64,000 bases of DNA from an uncultured Chloroflexia bacterium. Lineage in GTDB: Bacteria > Chloroflexota > Limnocylindria > Limnocylindrales > CSP1-4. The stretch lies in NCBI GenBank assembly GCA_963828165.1, contig CAWHDR010000001.1, forward strand, positions 1,984,001 through 2,048,000, given 5' to 3'. The position numbers were made by a program, and so were the translations under genes. The stretch's first letter is position 1. Every line of letters begins with the position of its first letter. A model generated the notes under the pieces. The model saw only the letters and a list, made by a program, of their open reading frames with translations. It was not told the DNA's origin and ran no database searches. Shown in pieces: positions 1 to 10,003 of this stretch.

Positions 1-1132
1 CCGCCACCGCGCCCAAGCTCAAGACGTCGTAGATGAGCTTCTGTCCCTGGGCCTGGTACACGAGGGCGACCCGGCTGAGCGGACTCACGATCATCGCCGC
101 CACGAGCCACGGGGCCATCAGCGCGGCCACCGTTCCCGCGTCGCGCCATGGCTCCCCGAAGACGAAGGCGAAGAGGTCCGGGCCGACCAGTGCCAGGACG
201 AGCGCCCCCGGCACGCCGATCGCCGCCAGCGCGACCGCGATCCGTCGAAAGAGCGGCAGGGCGGCCGAGGGATCGGAGCGGGCCTGTTCGGACATCCGGC
301 CGAGCATCGCGTCGCCGACGCTCGTCCCGATGACACTGAGCGGGAGCCCGAGCACACGTTGCACGAGCGCGAACTGACCCGCGATCGGCAGGCCGTACAC
401 GCCCGCCAGGAGCGGGACCGGGAGGGCGGCAGCCGCGGCGTTCAGCAACGATGACGGCGCCCCGAAGACCGGGAACCGCCAGAACTCCCGGGCCACCCTC
501 CGTGTCACGACCGTCGCCCCCGCGCCCGCGACCGCGAGCGTCCCCCAGGCACTGCGGATGACGCTGCCCAGGCCCAGCACACGGCCGAGCACGTCCGAGA
601 GCAGCAAGCCGGCGATGCCGGCACCGAGCAGCCCGAAGACCACCTGGCTGACGGCCCGCGCGATGCTCTGCACGATGGCGACCTGCGAGACGGCGCGGTA
701 GTCCCCGTGGCGGATGAGCCAGTAGCGCAGGACCCCCACCACGCCGTATCCCGCCAGGCCGATCGCGGCGAGCGGCACGGCCACCATCGGCAGCGTCCCG
801 TACCCACCGACCCCGAGGACGATCAGCGCGGCGAGGATCCCGGCGGCCACGAGCGAGGTGATGGGCACCAGCGCCAGGGCGAGCGCCGCGAGCCGGGCCG
901 CCACTGCCTCGGATGTCGGCAGGACGATCGCCTGCTCGTAGCGCAACGAGAGGGCGATGATCGCGACCTGGACGAAGGCCAGGAACAGCCCGAGCTGGCC
1001 GACCTGGGTCGGGTCGTAGAGCCGGGTCAGGAACGGGGCGACGAGCGTGTTGATGAGCTGTGCGCCGGCCGCGCCGCCGGCCAGGACGAGGACGCTCCGA
1101 GCGAACCCGGGCCCGCGTAGCCTTGCTACCAT
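1..1132 (-). CDS. Polysaccharide flippase (Wzx/MATE-like), 3' end runs off the window
   Basis: Not in the ORF track because it lacks a stop in the window. Manual translation: MVARLRGPGFARSVLVLAGGAAGAQLINTLVAPFLTRLYDPTQVGQLGLFLAFVQVAIIALSLRYEQAIVLP...; many TM segments and the typical PxLTRLY / LRYE.AI motifs. An in-frame alternative ATG lies at 1147. Confidence 0.85.
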   Translation of the reverse strand, partial: MVARLRGPGFARSVLVLAGGAAGAQLINTLVAPFLTRLYDPTQVGQLGLFLAFVQVAIIALSLRYEQAIVLPTSEAVAARLAALALALVPITSLVAAGILAALIVLGVGGYGTLPMVAVPLAAIGLAGYGVVGVLRYWLIRHGDYRAVSQVAIVQSIARAVSQVVFGLLGAGIAGLLLSDVLGRVLGLGSVIRSAWGTLAVAGAGATVVTRRVAREFWRFPVFGAPSSLLNAAAAALPVPLLAGVYGLPIAGQFALVQRVLGLPLSVIGTSVGDAMLGRMSEQARSDPSAALPLFRRIAVALAAIGVPGALVLALVGPDLFAFVFGEPWRDAGTVAALMAPWLVAAMIVSPLSRVALVYQAQGQKLIYDVLSLGAVA

Positions 1133-1141
1133 CCGGCGCGG

Positions 1142-2386
1142 ATGCATCTCGTCATCGTCAATCAGTATGGTCTGCCGGCCGGAGCGTCGGGCATCACGCG
1201 GCACGGGGACCTGGGGGCGGAGCTCGTCCGTCGCGGGCACGATGTCACGGTCATCGCGGCGCGGTTCAACTACCTCACGCGGTCCTCCGCATCGGCGGGA
1301 GCCCCGCCGGTCGAATCCCATTCAGGGGTACGTTTTCGGTGGCTGGATACCGGGTCGTACCGCACCAACGACCGCCAGCGGCTGCGATCGATGCTGTCCT
1401 TCACCCTCCGCTCCATCTGGTCGGGTCTGCGGCTTCATCCGCGCCCCGACGTGATCATGGCGTCCTCACCGCACCTGCTCGTGGGCATCAGTGGCATCGT
1501 CCTCGCCCGCCGATACCGGGTTCCACTGGTCTTCGAGATCCGCGACCTGTGGCCATCGGCCCTGGTCGACCTGGGAGCGATGCGGCGTGGCGGGCTCGCC
1601 CACCGCGGCCTGGAGCTGCTCGAGCGCCTGTGCTATCGCCTGGCCGACCGCATCGTGATCGTTCCTCCGCACGCCGATCGGCGGGTCCGCGAGATGGGTA
1701 CCGATCCGAGGCGCTGCGTCCACGTCCCCAATGCCTCAGAGCTCGATGTCTCGGTCAGCGCGCCCGTCCCCGACACGCTCGAGGCGGTCTTCGCCGCCTG
1801 TGGCTCGCGCGAGATCCTGATGTACGCCGGGGCGCAAGGGGTCTCGAACGGCCTCGAGGTCGTCCTCGACGCGCTGGATCACCTGCGCTCGACCGATCTC
1901 GTCACGTACGAACGCCTCGCGGTCGTCCTCATCGGCGACGGTGGCCGGCATGACGAGCTGGTACGTATGGCGACCGAACGCGGCCACCCCCACCTGTACT
2001 TCCACCCACCGATCGAGAAGGCCGCCGTGCCTGCCGCGCTGGCTCGGGCAACCCTCCTGTTGGTGGCGTTCGCCGACGCCGACGTCTATCGCTACGGGCT
2101 GAGCCCGAACAAGCTCTTCGATTACCTCGCGGCCGGACGCCCGGTCCTGCTCGCCTCGCGGCTCGACGACTCTCCGGTCAGCGAGGCGGACGCGGGCCGC
2201 CGCTACGAGCCGGGGTCCGGGCGATCCCTCGCCGAGGGCGTGGCTGCGCTCCTCGCGTTGCCGCCCGACGAGCGGGTGCTGATGGGCCGTCGCGGCCAGG
2301 AGCTCGTCCGGCGCCGGTACACCATCGCCGTGACCGGCGCCCAGCTCGAGTCCGCGCTTCTCGAGCTCGTCGGTCCGGGCGGATGA
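1142..2386 (+). CDS. Glycosyltransferase family 4 (WbuB-like)
   Basis: IVNQY, FEIRDLWP, YAGAQGVSNGL, SPNKLFDYLAAGRP motifs of GT-B fold GT4 enzymes. Confidence 0.9.
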   Translation: MHLVIVNQYGLPAGASGITRHGDLGAELVRRGHDVTVIAARFNYLTRSSASAGAPPVESHSGVRFRWLDTGSYRTNDRQRLRSMLSFTLRSIWSGLRLHPRPDVIMASSPHLLVGISGIVLARRYRVPLVFEIRDLWPSALVDLGAMRRGGLAHRGLELLERLCYRLADRIVIVPPHADRRVREMGTDPRRCVHVPNASELDVSVSAPVPDTLEAVFAACGSREILMYAGAQGVSNGLEVVLDALDHLRSTDLVTYERLAVVLIGDGGRHDELVRMATERGHPHLYFHPPIEKAAVPAALARATLLLVAFADADVYRYGLSPNKLFDYLAAGRPVLLASRLDDSPVSEADAGRRYEPGSGRSLAEGVAALLALPPDERVLMGRRGQELVRRRYTIAVTGAQLESALLELVGPGG

Positions 2387-3321
2387 CCGGTCGCGTGGTC
2401 GTCTTCGGCGGCGGCGGGTTCATCGGATCGGGCCTGGTCGCCGGCCTCGGGCGCGACGTCACGGCGCCCGCGCGGTCGGAGGTCGATCTGATCGACGGCG
2501 ACCGGCTGCGTGCGTACCTCCGCCCGGGCGACCTCATCGTCAACGCGTCCGGGTATGCCATGGCCACCGATCGCTCCGCGGGCGGGCTTGCGCGCTTCCG
2601 CCGGGACAACGTGGAGGCGGTCCGAGCGCTCGCGACGGCGGCCTCGGCGGTCGGCGCGGCACGGCTGCTCCACCTGAGCAGCGTCGCGGCGATGGGTCAC
2701 CGAGAGGGCGAGGACCTGCGGGAGGACGATTTGGCGCCGCCGCGAACGCCCTACGGCCAGAGCAAGCGCGACGCCGAGGAGGTGGTCGTCGAGGCGGCGG
2801 AGGACGTGCCGGTCACGATCCTGCGGCCCACGTCGGTCTTCGGGGAAGGGCGCGGCCTGGCAGCCGTCCTGTGCCGGATCGCCGGTCTGCCCATCGTGCC
2901 GCTTCCGGCCGGGGGGACCGCCCTGATCCCGTTCAGCTACGTCGGCAACCTCGTCGCGGCCGTCGGCCTGGCGCTGGATCGGCCGGAGACGGCCGGACGG
3001 ACCTTCATCGTCGGCGACGATCGCTCGTACCGGCTGCGCGAGGTCCTGGCCACGCTGGCCGGGGCCCTCGGACGTGACCGACCGATGATGCTCCGGGTGC
3101 CCAAGCTCGCGGTCCGGGGTATGGGCGCCGCGGAGACCGCCGTGAGCCGGGCCGTGGGCCGGACGCCGCTGCTCGATCCGGTGCGCATCGAGACATTGAC
3201 GAGCTCCGTCTCGTACTCGACCCAGGCGTTTCGGGAGGCGACCGGGTTCGTCCCGCCCTTCACCATCGACGCGGCCATGGTCCGTATCGCGGCGTGGCAT
3301 CGCGGGGAGCGGCCGCGGTGA
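2383..3321 (+). CDS. NAD-dependent epimerase/dehydratase
   Basis: GGGGFIG Rossmann motif, LSSVAA, YGQSK (YxxxK), LRPTSVFG; ATGA overlap with the upstream gene. Confidence 0.9.
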   Translation: MTGRVVVFGGGGFIGSGLVAGLGRDVTAPARSEVDLIDGDRLRAYLRPGDLIVNASGYAMATDRSAGGLARFRRDNVEAVRALATAASAVGAARLLHLSSVAAMGHREGEDLREDDLAPPRTPYGQSKRDAEEVVVEAAEDVPVTILRPTSVFGEGRGLAAVLCRIAGLPIVPLPAGGTALIPFSYVGNLVAAVGLALDRPETAGRTFIVGDDRSYRLREVLATLAGALGRDRPMMLRVPKLAVRGMGAAETAVSRAVGRTPLLDPVRIETLTSSVSYSTQAFREATGFVPPFTIDAAMVRIAAWHRGERPR

Positions 3322-4340
3322 CGGACCAGCTGCTGATCGCGCTCCTGGTCGCTGGGCTCGCGGCCACGATCGTGACCCGCGTGGTCGAAGGACTCGCGCG
3401 GGGGCGGAGCCTGCTCGACATCCCCAACGACCGGAGCTCCCACGACGCCCCGACCCCTCGGATCGGCGGGCTGGGCATCGTGGTGGGCACCGTCGTCGGC
3501 TGGTTGTTCGCGGCAGGCTGGACGGACGGGCAGGCCACGATCATCGTGCTCGCGGCGCTCGGCCTGGGCGCGGTCGGTCTGCTCGACGACGTCCACCACA
3601 CCAGTGTCCTCGGCAAGTACCTCGCGCAGCTGGCGGCCGCCGCGGTCGTCGCGGGCGTGCTGCAGCCGACGCTCACCATCGGGATCGGCGACAGCACCTG
3701 GTCGCTCGGTGGGATCCCCGCCTTCGTCATCACGACGATCGGCCTGACGGCGCTGGTGAATGCGGTCAACTTCATGGACGGCATCGATGGGCTCATCGGC
3801 AGCGTCGCGCTCGTCGCCGCGATCGTGGCGTTCGGACTGGTGATGCCCGCCGCGTGGCCGATCCTCGTGCCATTCGCGGCGGCCTGCGCCGGGTTCCTGG
3901 TGTGGAACCACGCCCCCGCATCCATCTTCATGGGCGACGGCGGAAGCCAGTTCGTCGGCCTGATCCTCGGCGCGGCGCTGCTGCGGCAGGAACGTGGAGC
4001 GGTCGATGTCGTCCCGGTGCTGCTGCTCGTAAGCCCGCTGCTGTTCGACACCGGCTTCACGCTCATCCGCCGGGCGCGAGCCGGCCGCGACCTGTTCGCG
4101 GGCCATCGCGAGCACCTCTATCAGCGAGTGGTGGTCGCGGGCCGCTCTCATCGCGAGGTCGCCGCGGGGTACGCGGCCGCCACGGCGGTCACCGGGGTGC
4201 TCGCGCTCTCATGGCCGGCGGCGCCGGCCGTTGTCCGGATCGCGATGCTCGCTGGGGTCGTGCTGGCCGCCGCCGCGTACGCTGTCTGGGTGACCCGGAC
4301 GGAGGCGCGGATCGCCTCGTCGGAGGCGCGCTCCGCCTAG
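3318..4340 (+). CDS. Polyprenyl-phosphate HexNAc-1-P transferase (WecA/WbpL/MraY family)
   Basis: PNDRSSH..PTPRIGG, GLLDD, NAVNFMDGIDG, IFMGDGGS, HREHLYQR; GTGA overlap at 3318-3321. Confidence 0.92.
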   Translation: MTDQLLIALLVAGLAATIVTRVVEGLARGRSLLDIPNDRSSHDAPTPRIGGLGIVVGTVVGWLFAAGWTDGQATIIVLAALGLGAVGLLDDVHHTSVLGKYLAQLAAAAVVAGVLQPTLTIGIGDSTWSLGGIPAFVITTIGLTALVNAVNFMDGIDGLIGSVALVAAIVAFGLVMPAAWPILVPFAAACAGFLVWNHAPASIFMGDGGSQFVGLILGAALLRQERGAVDVVPVLLLVSPLLFDTGFTLIRRARAGRDLFAGHREHLYQRVVVAGRSHREVAAGYAAATAVTGVLALSWPAAPAVVRIAMLAGVVLAAAAYAVWVTRTEARIASSEARSA

Positions 4341-6307
4341 TCGGGGGCGCGTCCCGGCCCGACGGCCACGACCTCGTCGGGTACCCGGATCGTGGCCAGA
4401 TCCGACATGCCGGTGAGGGACGCACTCCGCAGCAAGAGCTCGCGGACGGCCTCGTCGTTGTGCTCCCGCGCCGCGGCGGCGAGCTCGTCGACGAACGCCT
4501 CGATCTGGTTCTCGATCGACGCCGACGCGGGTCGGGCCGCGCGCATGATGCCCGGGTGCCGGGTGCGTTCCGCGACCTCGTCGTCGTAGAACAGCTTCTC
4601 GTGGAGACGCTCCCCGGGTCGCAGCCCGGTGACGGTGAACTGCACCGAGTCGGGATCGACGCCATTGAGCCGGACGAGGTCTCGAGCCAGGTCCATGATC
4701 CGCATCGGCTCACCCATGTCGAGCACGTACACGTCGCCGGCGAGCGGGTCCGTCCCGGCCTCAAGGATGAGGCTGACCGCTTCCGCGATCGTCATGAAGT
4801 AGCGCGTCGCGTCGGGTTGCGTGATCGTCAGCGGCAGGCCATCGTCGAGCTGGCGCTGCAGGAGCGGCACGACGCTGCCGCTCGAGCCCAGGACGTTCCC
4901 GAACCGGACCGCAGCGTATGGGTGGCCCGTGCGGTGGCCGGCTGCGACCGTCAGCTGTTCGGCGAGACGCTTCGTGGCGCCCATGACGCTCACGGGCTCG
5001 ACCGCCTTGTCCGTCGAGATGAGGATGAAGCGCGCGATGTTGAGGTGCTCGCACGCGCGCAGGACGTTGCGTGTCCCGATGACGTTGGTCAGCACGCCCT
5101 CCGCCGGATAGAACTCGACGTACGGGACGTGCTTCAGCGCGGCGGCGTGGAAGACGACATCGGGCCGCGCCCCGCGGAGGACGGCGTTCAGGGCGGCGGG
5201 CGAGCGGACGTCGGCGAGCGCCGCGACGACATGGGCGCCGTCCGCCTCGCGGCGAAGGGTCGCGATGTCGCGCTCGACGTTCCACAACGCCCATTCGTTC
5301 TGGTCCACGATCGTCAGGACGCGCGGGCCGAGCGACAGGATCTGGCGGACGAGCTCGCTGCCGATCGAGCCACCACCGCCGGTCACCACGACCGAGGCCC
5401 CGTTGATCGAGCTAGCCACCGCCTCGAAGTCGATCTCGACCGGCGCTCGACGCAGGAGGTCCTCGACGTTCACGGCGCGGATGCCGGACACCTGGTAGTG
5501 GCCGGTCACCATGTCCCGCAACGGTGGGACGATCTTGACGCTCATCCCCAGCGCCTGGGCGGCCTCGAAAGCGCGACGAACCGGTCCCGATTCGCCGGAT
5601 GGGATCGCGACGAGCAGCTGGGCGGCGCCCGTCCGTTCGACCGCGTGGGGAAGCTCCTCGAGCCCGCCATACACGCGATGGCCCAGCAGGCGTGAACCGT
5701 GCTTCTGCTTGTCGTCGTCGACGAACCCGACGATCCGCATCCCGCGCAAGCCGCCCGCGGTGGCCATGCGCGCGATGATCGCGCCGGCGTTGCCGGCCCC
5801 GTAGACCAGCGTCGGCGTCGAGCCTCCGGACGACACGACTCCGTTGCGGCGCTCGAGTGATGTCCGCACGAGGATCCGCGCACCCGCCGTGAGGGCGAGG
5901 AACACGAGGGGTTCCAGCAGGAAGAACGACCGCGGGAACGGGCTCGTGCCAGGCGCATCGAGCCGGTCGAGGACGAGGAACGCCACCACCACGATCGCGG
6001 TACCGACCATGACGGCCCTGACGAGATCGAGCAGGTCGCGGACCGATGCGTAGCGCCACTCGCGCCGATGGAGCCCGAAGGCGATGTGCACGAGTGGCCG
6101 GACCGCAAAGGGCAGCAATGCGGCCGGGAGGTAGGGCAGGACGGCGATCGCGAGGTCTGGTGTGTCGAAGCGGATGCAGAGCACGATGATGGCTGCGGCG
6201 AACGCGGCGACGATATCGAGCACGAACAGCAGCCAGCCCGTCCGGTGGAGACCCCGGCCCATCCCGAGCGCGGTCGAACCGTTCGATCCGCCCATCTGCG
6301 ACCCCAT
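4337..6307 (-). CDS. Nucleoside-diphosphate sugar dehydratase (CapD/PglF/WbpM family)
   Basis: N-terminal TMs, VTGGGGSIGSEL, FHAAALKHVP, ISTDKAV, MGATKR, VRFGNVLGSSGSV, GLRPGERLHE; GGAGG SD upstream. Confidence 0.93.
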   Translation of the reverse strand: MGSQMGGSNGSTALGMGRGLHRTGWLLFVLDIVAAFAAAIIVLCIRFDTPDLAIAVLPYLPAALLPFAVRPLVHIAFGLHRREWRYASVRDLLDLVRAVMVGTAIVVVAFLVLDRLDAPGTSPFPRSFFLLEPLVFLALTAGARILVRTSLERRNGVVSSGGSTPTLVYGAGNAGAIIARMATAGGLRGMRIVGFVDDDKQKHGSRLLGHRVYGGLEELPHAVERTGAAQLLVAIPSGESGPVRRAFEAAQALGMSVKIVPPLRDMVTGHYQVSGIRAVNVEDLLRRAPVEIDFEAVASSINGASVVVTGGGGSIGSELVRQILSLGPRVLTIVDQNEWALWNVERDIATLRREADGAHVVAALADVRSPAALNAVLRGARPDVVFHAAALKHVPYVEFYPAEGVLTNVIGTRNVLRACEHLNIARFILISTDKAVEPVSVMGATKRLAEQLTVAAGHRTGHPYAAVRFGNVLGSSGSVVPLLQRQLDDGLPLTITQPDATRYFMTIAEAVSLILEAGTDPLAGDVYVLDMGEPMRIMDLARDLVRLNGVDPDSVQFTVTGLRPGERLHEKLFYDDEVAERTRHPGIMRAARPASASIENQIEAFVDELAAAAREHNDEAVRELLLRSASLTGMSDLATIRVPDEVVAVGPGRAPD

Positions 6308-6491
6308 CCAACCTCCCGCCTAGCGTGTTCGGACGTTCCCGGGGGGCATGGTACTTCGCCACCGTCCGAAACGATGAGATCGCCGGGAGCCTCGTCCGTG
6401 CTCCCAAGGCGCCGGTAGTACCTCCGTACTCCCACGCAAGTACCGATGGTCCGGCGGCATGAGGGGTCGCGGGTGGGACGATGCAGCGGCC

Positions 6492-8693
6492 ATGAGCGCG
6501 CGCCAGCACCCGCACGAACCCTCGCCCGAGCACGGATCGGATCCTGGCCTCGCACTGACCCGACCCTCGCTCTATCGCCGCCTCCTCGGCGGTTCGGGCG
6601 CGTTCGGCGATGTCCTGACGGCCGACTCGAGTGACAGCCCGGAGACCCAACTCGCCGAGCGGCTCGACACGATCCTGAACATCGCCGAACGGCTGGCGGC
6701 CACGCACGATCGCACGGAGCTGTTCCGGACGATCGTCGACGAGACGCTTCGCGCGCTGCAGGTCGACCACGTGACGATCCGCGTCGTCGAAGACGGCGGC
6801 CTGGTCGTCGCCGCCTGGGCCGGCTTGTCCGATGAGGCGGCGCGGGCGCTGCCGGTGTTCCGCGTCGATGAGGGTTGGGTCGGGGAGGTCCTGCGGACGG
6901 GGCAGGTCGCCGCCTGGTCGGAGGCTCGCGAGGAACGCCCCATCGACCCCGAGCGATCCGAGGCCATCGTCGACGTCGCGGGCGACCTCATCGCGCCGCT
7001 CATCCACCACGACCGGGTCATCGGGGCGCTTTCCGCCGTCAGTCGCGAGCCGCGCGACTGGACCGATGGCGACATCGCGTTCCTGACCACCCTGGCCACG
7101 CATGCCGGCATCGCGCTCACGAACGCCGAGCTCTTCGAGCAGACCGAGGCGCGCGCGGCGCAGCTCGCCGTGCTGCAGGCCGCATCAGGGCGCCTGAACC
7201 GAGCGTCGTCCGTCGAAGCGGTGGGCCGGACGATCGTCGAGGAGACCCGCAAGATCATCGACTACCACAACGCCCGCGTGTACCTCGTGGAGCTGCCCGA
7301 CGAGGTGGTGCCGATCGCCTTCGAGGGCCGGGTCGGCGCGTATGAGCACGTCGACATGGACCTGCTTCGCTGCCACATCGGCGAAGGATTCACGGGCTGG
7401 GTCGCCGAGCATGGCGAGCCCCTGCTGATCAACGACGCGAACGCCGATCCGCGCGGCCAGACGATCACCGGCACGGACGACATCGATGAATCGATGCTCG
7501 TGGTGCCGATGCGGTACGACGGCATGACGGTCGGGGTCATCACCCTGTCCAAGCTCGGCTGCGACGGTTTCGACGCCGACGACCTCCGATTGCTCATGAT
7601 CCTCGCGGACCATGCCGCCACGGCTGCCGAGACGGCCCGGCTGCTGACGCGCAGCCAGGAGCTGGCCGGCGAGCTACGCCGCCTGCTCGAGATGTCCAGC
7701 GAGCTGTCCGGCAGCCTGGACCCGCGGCAGGTCGCCAACCTCATGGCGGGACACCTGACCCGTGCCATGGGCGTCGACGAATGCGCGATCAGCTACTGGG
7801 ATCGGCCCGGCGGAAGGCTCGAGTCGCTTGGGTTCTATCCGCCCATGGACGAGGCGCTCGAGCCGTACTTCCTGCTCGCGGGCTACCCGGAGACGCTGCG
7901 CGTCCTCGAGAGCCAGCAGCCCGCGATCGTCGACGCGGATGATCCGGCTGCCGATCGCGACGAAGTCAGGCTCATGGTCAGCGATGGGAACCGGATCCTC
8001 GCGATGCTGCCGCTCGTCGCGAAGGGCCAATCGATCGGTCTCGTCGAACTCTTCTCGAAGACCAAGATCCGCTGGGACGCCCAGCGGCTCGAGCTCGCTC
8101 GGACGATGGCCAACGAGGCGGCCATCGCGCTGGAGAACGCACGCCTGTACGAGGACGCGCGCAAGCTCGCCGACCGGGACCCACTGACCGGGTTCTACAA
8201 CCACCGGTTCCTGCACGAGCGCATGGGCGAGGAAGTCGTTCGCTCGCAGCGCGGCCGGCGGCCGTTGAGCGTGCTGATGCTGGACCTCGACGACTTCAAG
8301 CTGGTCAACGATACGTTCGGTCACCTCTTCGGCGACCGGGTCCTGACCTGGGCCGCCGAGGTGATCCGCTCGACCCTGCGTCTCTCCGACATCGCCGCCC
8401 GGTACGGCGGCGACGAGTTCGCCCTGATCCTGCCCGACACCGACGCGGACGAGGCGCGCCGCGCCGCCGAACGGATCCTCGACGCCTTCCGCGAGCGACC
8501 GTTCGTCGGGGAGAAGCGCGGGCCGGTGCCGATCGCGGCGTCGATCGGCGTCGCGACCTTCCCGGCGGACGGGCGAACCGGTACGGACCTGATCGCGGCC
8601 GCCGATGACGCCCTCTACAAGGTCAAGCGCGGGGGAGGCCACGACGCGGCCGCAGCCGGCAAGCCCGACGCGGGCAAGGGTGCGGCCGCGTAG
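6492..8693 (+). CDS. Diguanylate cyclase with three GAF domains
   Basis: Three GAF-like repeats ending in ALTNAEL / AAETARL / ALENARL; DPLTG, DLDDFKLVNDTFGH, RLSD I-site, RYGGDEF. Start chosen at ATG 6492. Confidence 0.92.
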   Translation: MSARQHPHEPSPEHGSDPGLALTRPSLYRRLLGGSGAFGDVLTADSSDSPETQLAERLDTILNIAERLAATHDRTELFRTIVDETLRALQVDHVTIRVVEDGGLVVAAWAGLSDEAARALPVFRVDEGWVGEVLRTGQVAAWSEAREERPIDPERSEAIVDVAGDLIAPLIHHDRVIGALSAVSREPRDWTDGDIAFLTTLATHAGIALTNAELFEQTEARAAQLAVLQAASGRLNRASSVEAVGRTIVEETRKIIDYHNARVYLVELPDEVVPIAFEGRVGAYEHVDMDLLRCHIGEGFTGWVAEHGEPLLINDANADPRGQTITGTDDIDESMLVVPMRYDGMTVGVITLSKLGCDGFDADDLRLLMILADHAATAAETARLLTRSQELAGELRRLLEMSSELSGSLDPRQVANLMAGHLTRAMGVDECAISYWDRPGGRLESLGFYPPMDEALEPYFLLAGYPETLRVLESQQPAIVDADDPAADRDEVRLMVSDGNRILAMLPLVAKGQSIGLVELFSKTKIRWDAQRLELARTMANEAAIALENARLYEDARKLADRDPLTGFYNHRFLHERMGEEVVRSQRGRRPLSVLMLDLDDFKLVNDTFGHLFGDRVLTWAAEVIRSTLRLSDIAARYGGDEFALILPDTDADEARRAAERILDAFRERPFVGEKRGPVPIAASIGVATFPADGRTGTDLIAAADDALYKVKRGGGHDAAAAGKPDAGKGAAA

Positions 8694-8779
8694 GACGGAA
8701 GTACCACCCCTGGGCGCCATCCGTACCACGTCGCGGTACTGGACGCGATGGCCCCGTACCGCCATCCTCTATTTCCGAG

Positions 8780-9985
8780 GTGACCCAACCAACCCTGCGG
8801 CCCGCTCGTCCCGTTGATCCGTCGGATCGACGGATCCGCCGGTCCTGGTGGCTCTTCTCCGGTGCCTTCCTCCTGATCGGCGTTGTCGCGATCGCGCGCG
8901 CCCTTGGCCGCGAAGCGGGTCCGATCGATTGGTTCCTCCTGGTGGCGGTGGTCGTGGCCGGCGTCGCGGCCCTGCTGCACGTCTCAGCCGTCCAGGGGCT
9001 CGACGCGCGCAGCCGATCCGAGACCGAATCGTTCGCCCGCATCCTGTCCGGGCTCTCGCGCTCGGTGTCGCCCGATGCGATCGTCGACGCCATCGTGGAG
9101 GAGCTCGGTGAGGCGACGCGTGCCGACCACATCGTGGTGGTGCGGCGACGACGCGGCACGAGCGTCGTGGAGGCTCGACTCGTCAGCTCGCACCCGGGCG
9201 TCCCCCACCACACAACCCTGCTCCCGGCCGGCGATCTCGGCGATCCCATCGACGGCGGGCGTCCTCCCCGACAGGCGGAGGCCGTGGAGCGGATCGCCCA
9301 CCGCGTCCGTGCCGTCTACGGGCTGACCCACGCCCTGGCCGAGCCGCTGACCGCGGGCGACGAGGTGGTGGGCGCGATCGTCCTCTCCCAACGGATCGGC
9401 GGGCGCTGGACCGACGCCACGCGTCGCCTCCTCTCGGCGGCCGCCGCCGAGGCATCGGCCGCCCTTGCCCGCGCTTACTCGCACCGAGCCGCCGAGGCAC
9501 AGGCCTCGACCGATTCGCTGACCGGGTTGCCCAACCGCCGCTACTTCGAGGAGTTCGTGTCGCTGCTCGCCAAGCGCCGTCGCGCGGGGGACGCCGTGGG
9601 GATCCTCATGGTCGACATCGACAAGTTCAAGGTCCTCAACGACACGCACGGCCACGCGACCGGCGACGAGGTGCTGCGGGCGGTCGCGAGCGCCATCGTG
9701 TCGGCGGTGCGCGAGGACGACGTCCCGGCGCGCTTCGGCGGGGAGGAGTTCGTCGTCCTGCTGCGAAACCCCGACCCCGGCGTGGCGATCGAAGTCGGGG
9801 AGCGGATCCGCGCCGCGGTCCGCGGCCTGGACCTCGGACGGTTCGGGGTGGCCACGGTCAGCGTCTCGGTCGGCGTCGCCGTCGCGGACGGACCGGACGA
9901 GCCGATCGAGGCTCTCATCGAGACCGCCGACCAGGCCCTGTACCGGGCGAAGCGCGGAGGTCGAGACCGGGTCGTCGCGGCCTGA
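8780..9985 (+). CDS. Membrane-anchored GAF-GGDEF diguanylate cyclase
   Basis: Two N-terminal TM helices, GAF-like region, DSLTGLPNRR, DIDKFKVLNDTHGH, REDD I-site, RFGGEEF. Confidence 0.9.
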   Translation: MTQPTLRPARPVDPSDRRIRRSWWLFSGAFLLIGVVAIARALGREAGPIDWFLLVAVVVAGVAALLHVSAVQGLDARSRSETESFARILSGLSRSVSPDAIVDAIVEELGEATRADHIVVVRRRRGTSVVEARLVSSHPGVPHHTTLLPAGDLGDPIDGGRPPRQAEAVERIAHRVRAVYGLTHALAEPLTAGDEVVGAIVLSQRIGGRWTDATRRLLSAAAAEASAALARAYSHRAAEAQASTDSLTGLPNRRYFEEFVSLLAKRRRAGDAVGILMVDIDKFKVLNDTHGHATGDEVLRAVASAIVSAVREDDVPARFGGEEFVVLLRNPDPGVAIEVGERIRAAVRGLDLGRFGVATVSVSVGVAVADGPDEPIEALIETADQALYRAKRGGRDRVVAA

Positions 9986-10003
9986 CCGACTACCATCGCG
10001 TTC

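Noticed and set aside
3854-5695. Long antisense or alternate-frame ORFs (also 26251-28773, 37713-39389, 43604-45613, 30329-31954)
   Set aside because: Shadow ORFs of GC-rich coding regions that overlap well-supported genes and carry no motifs
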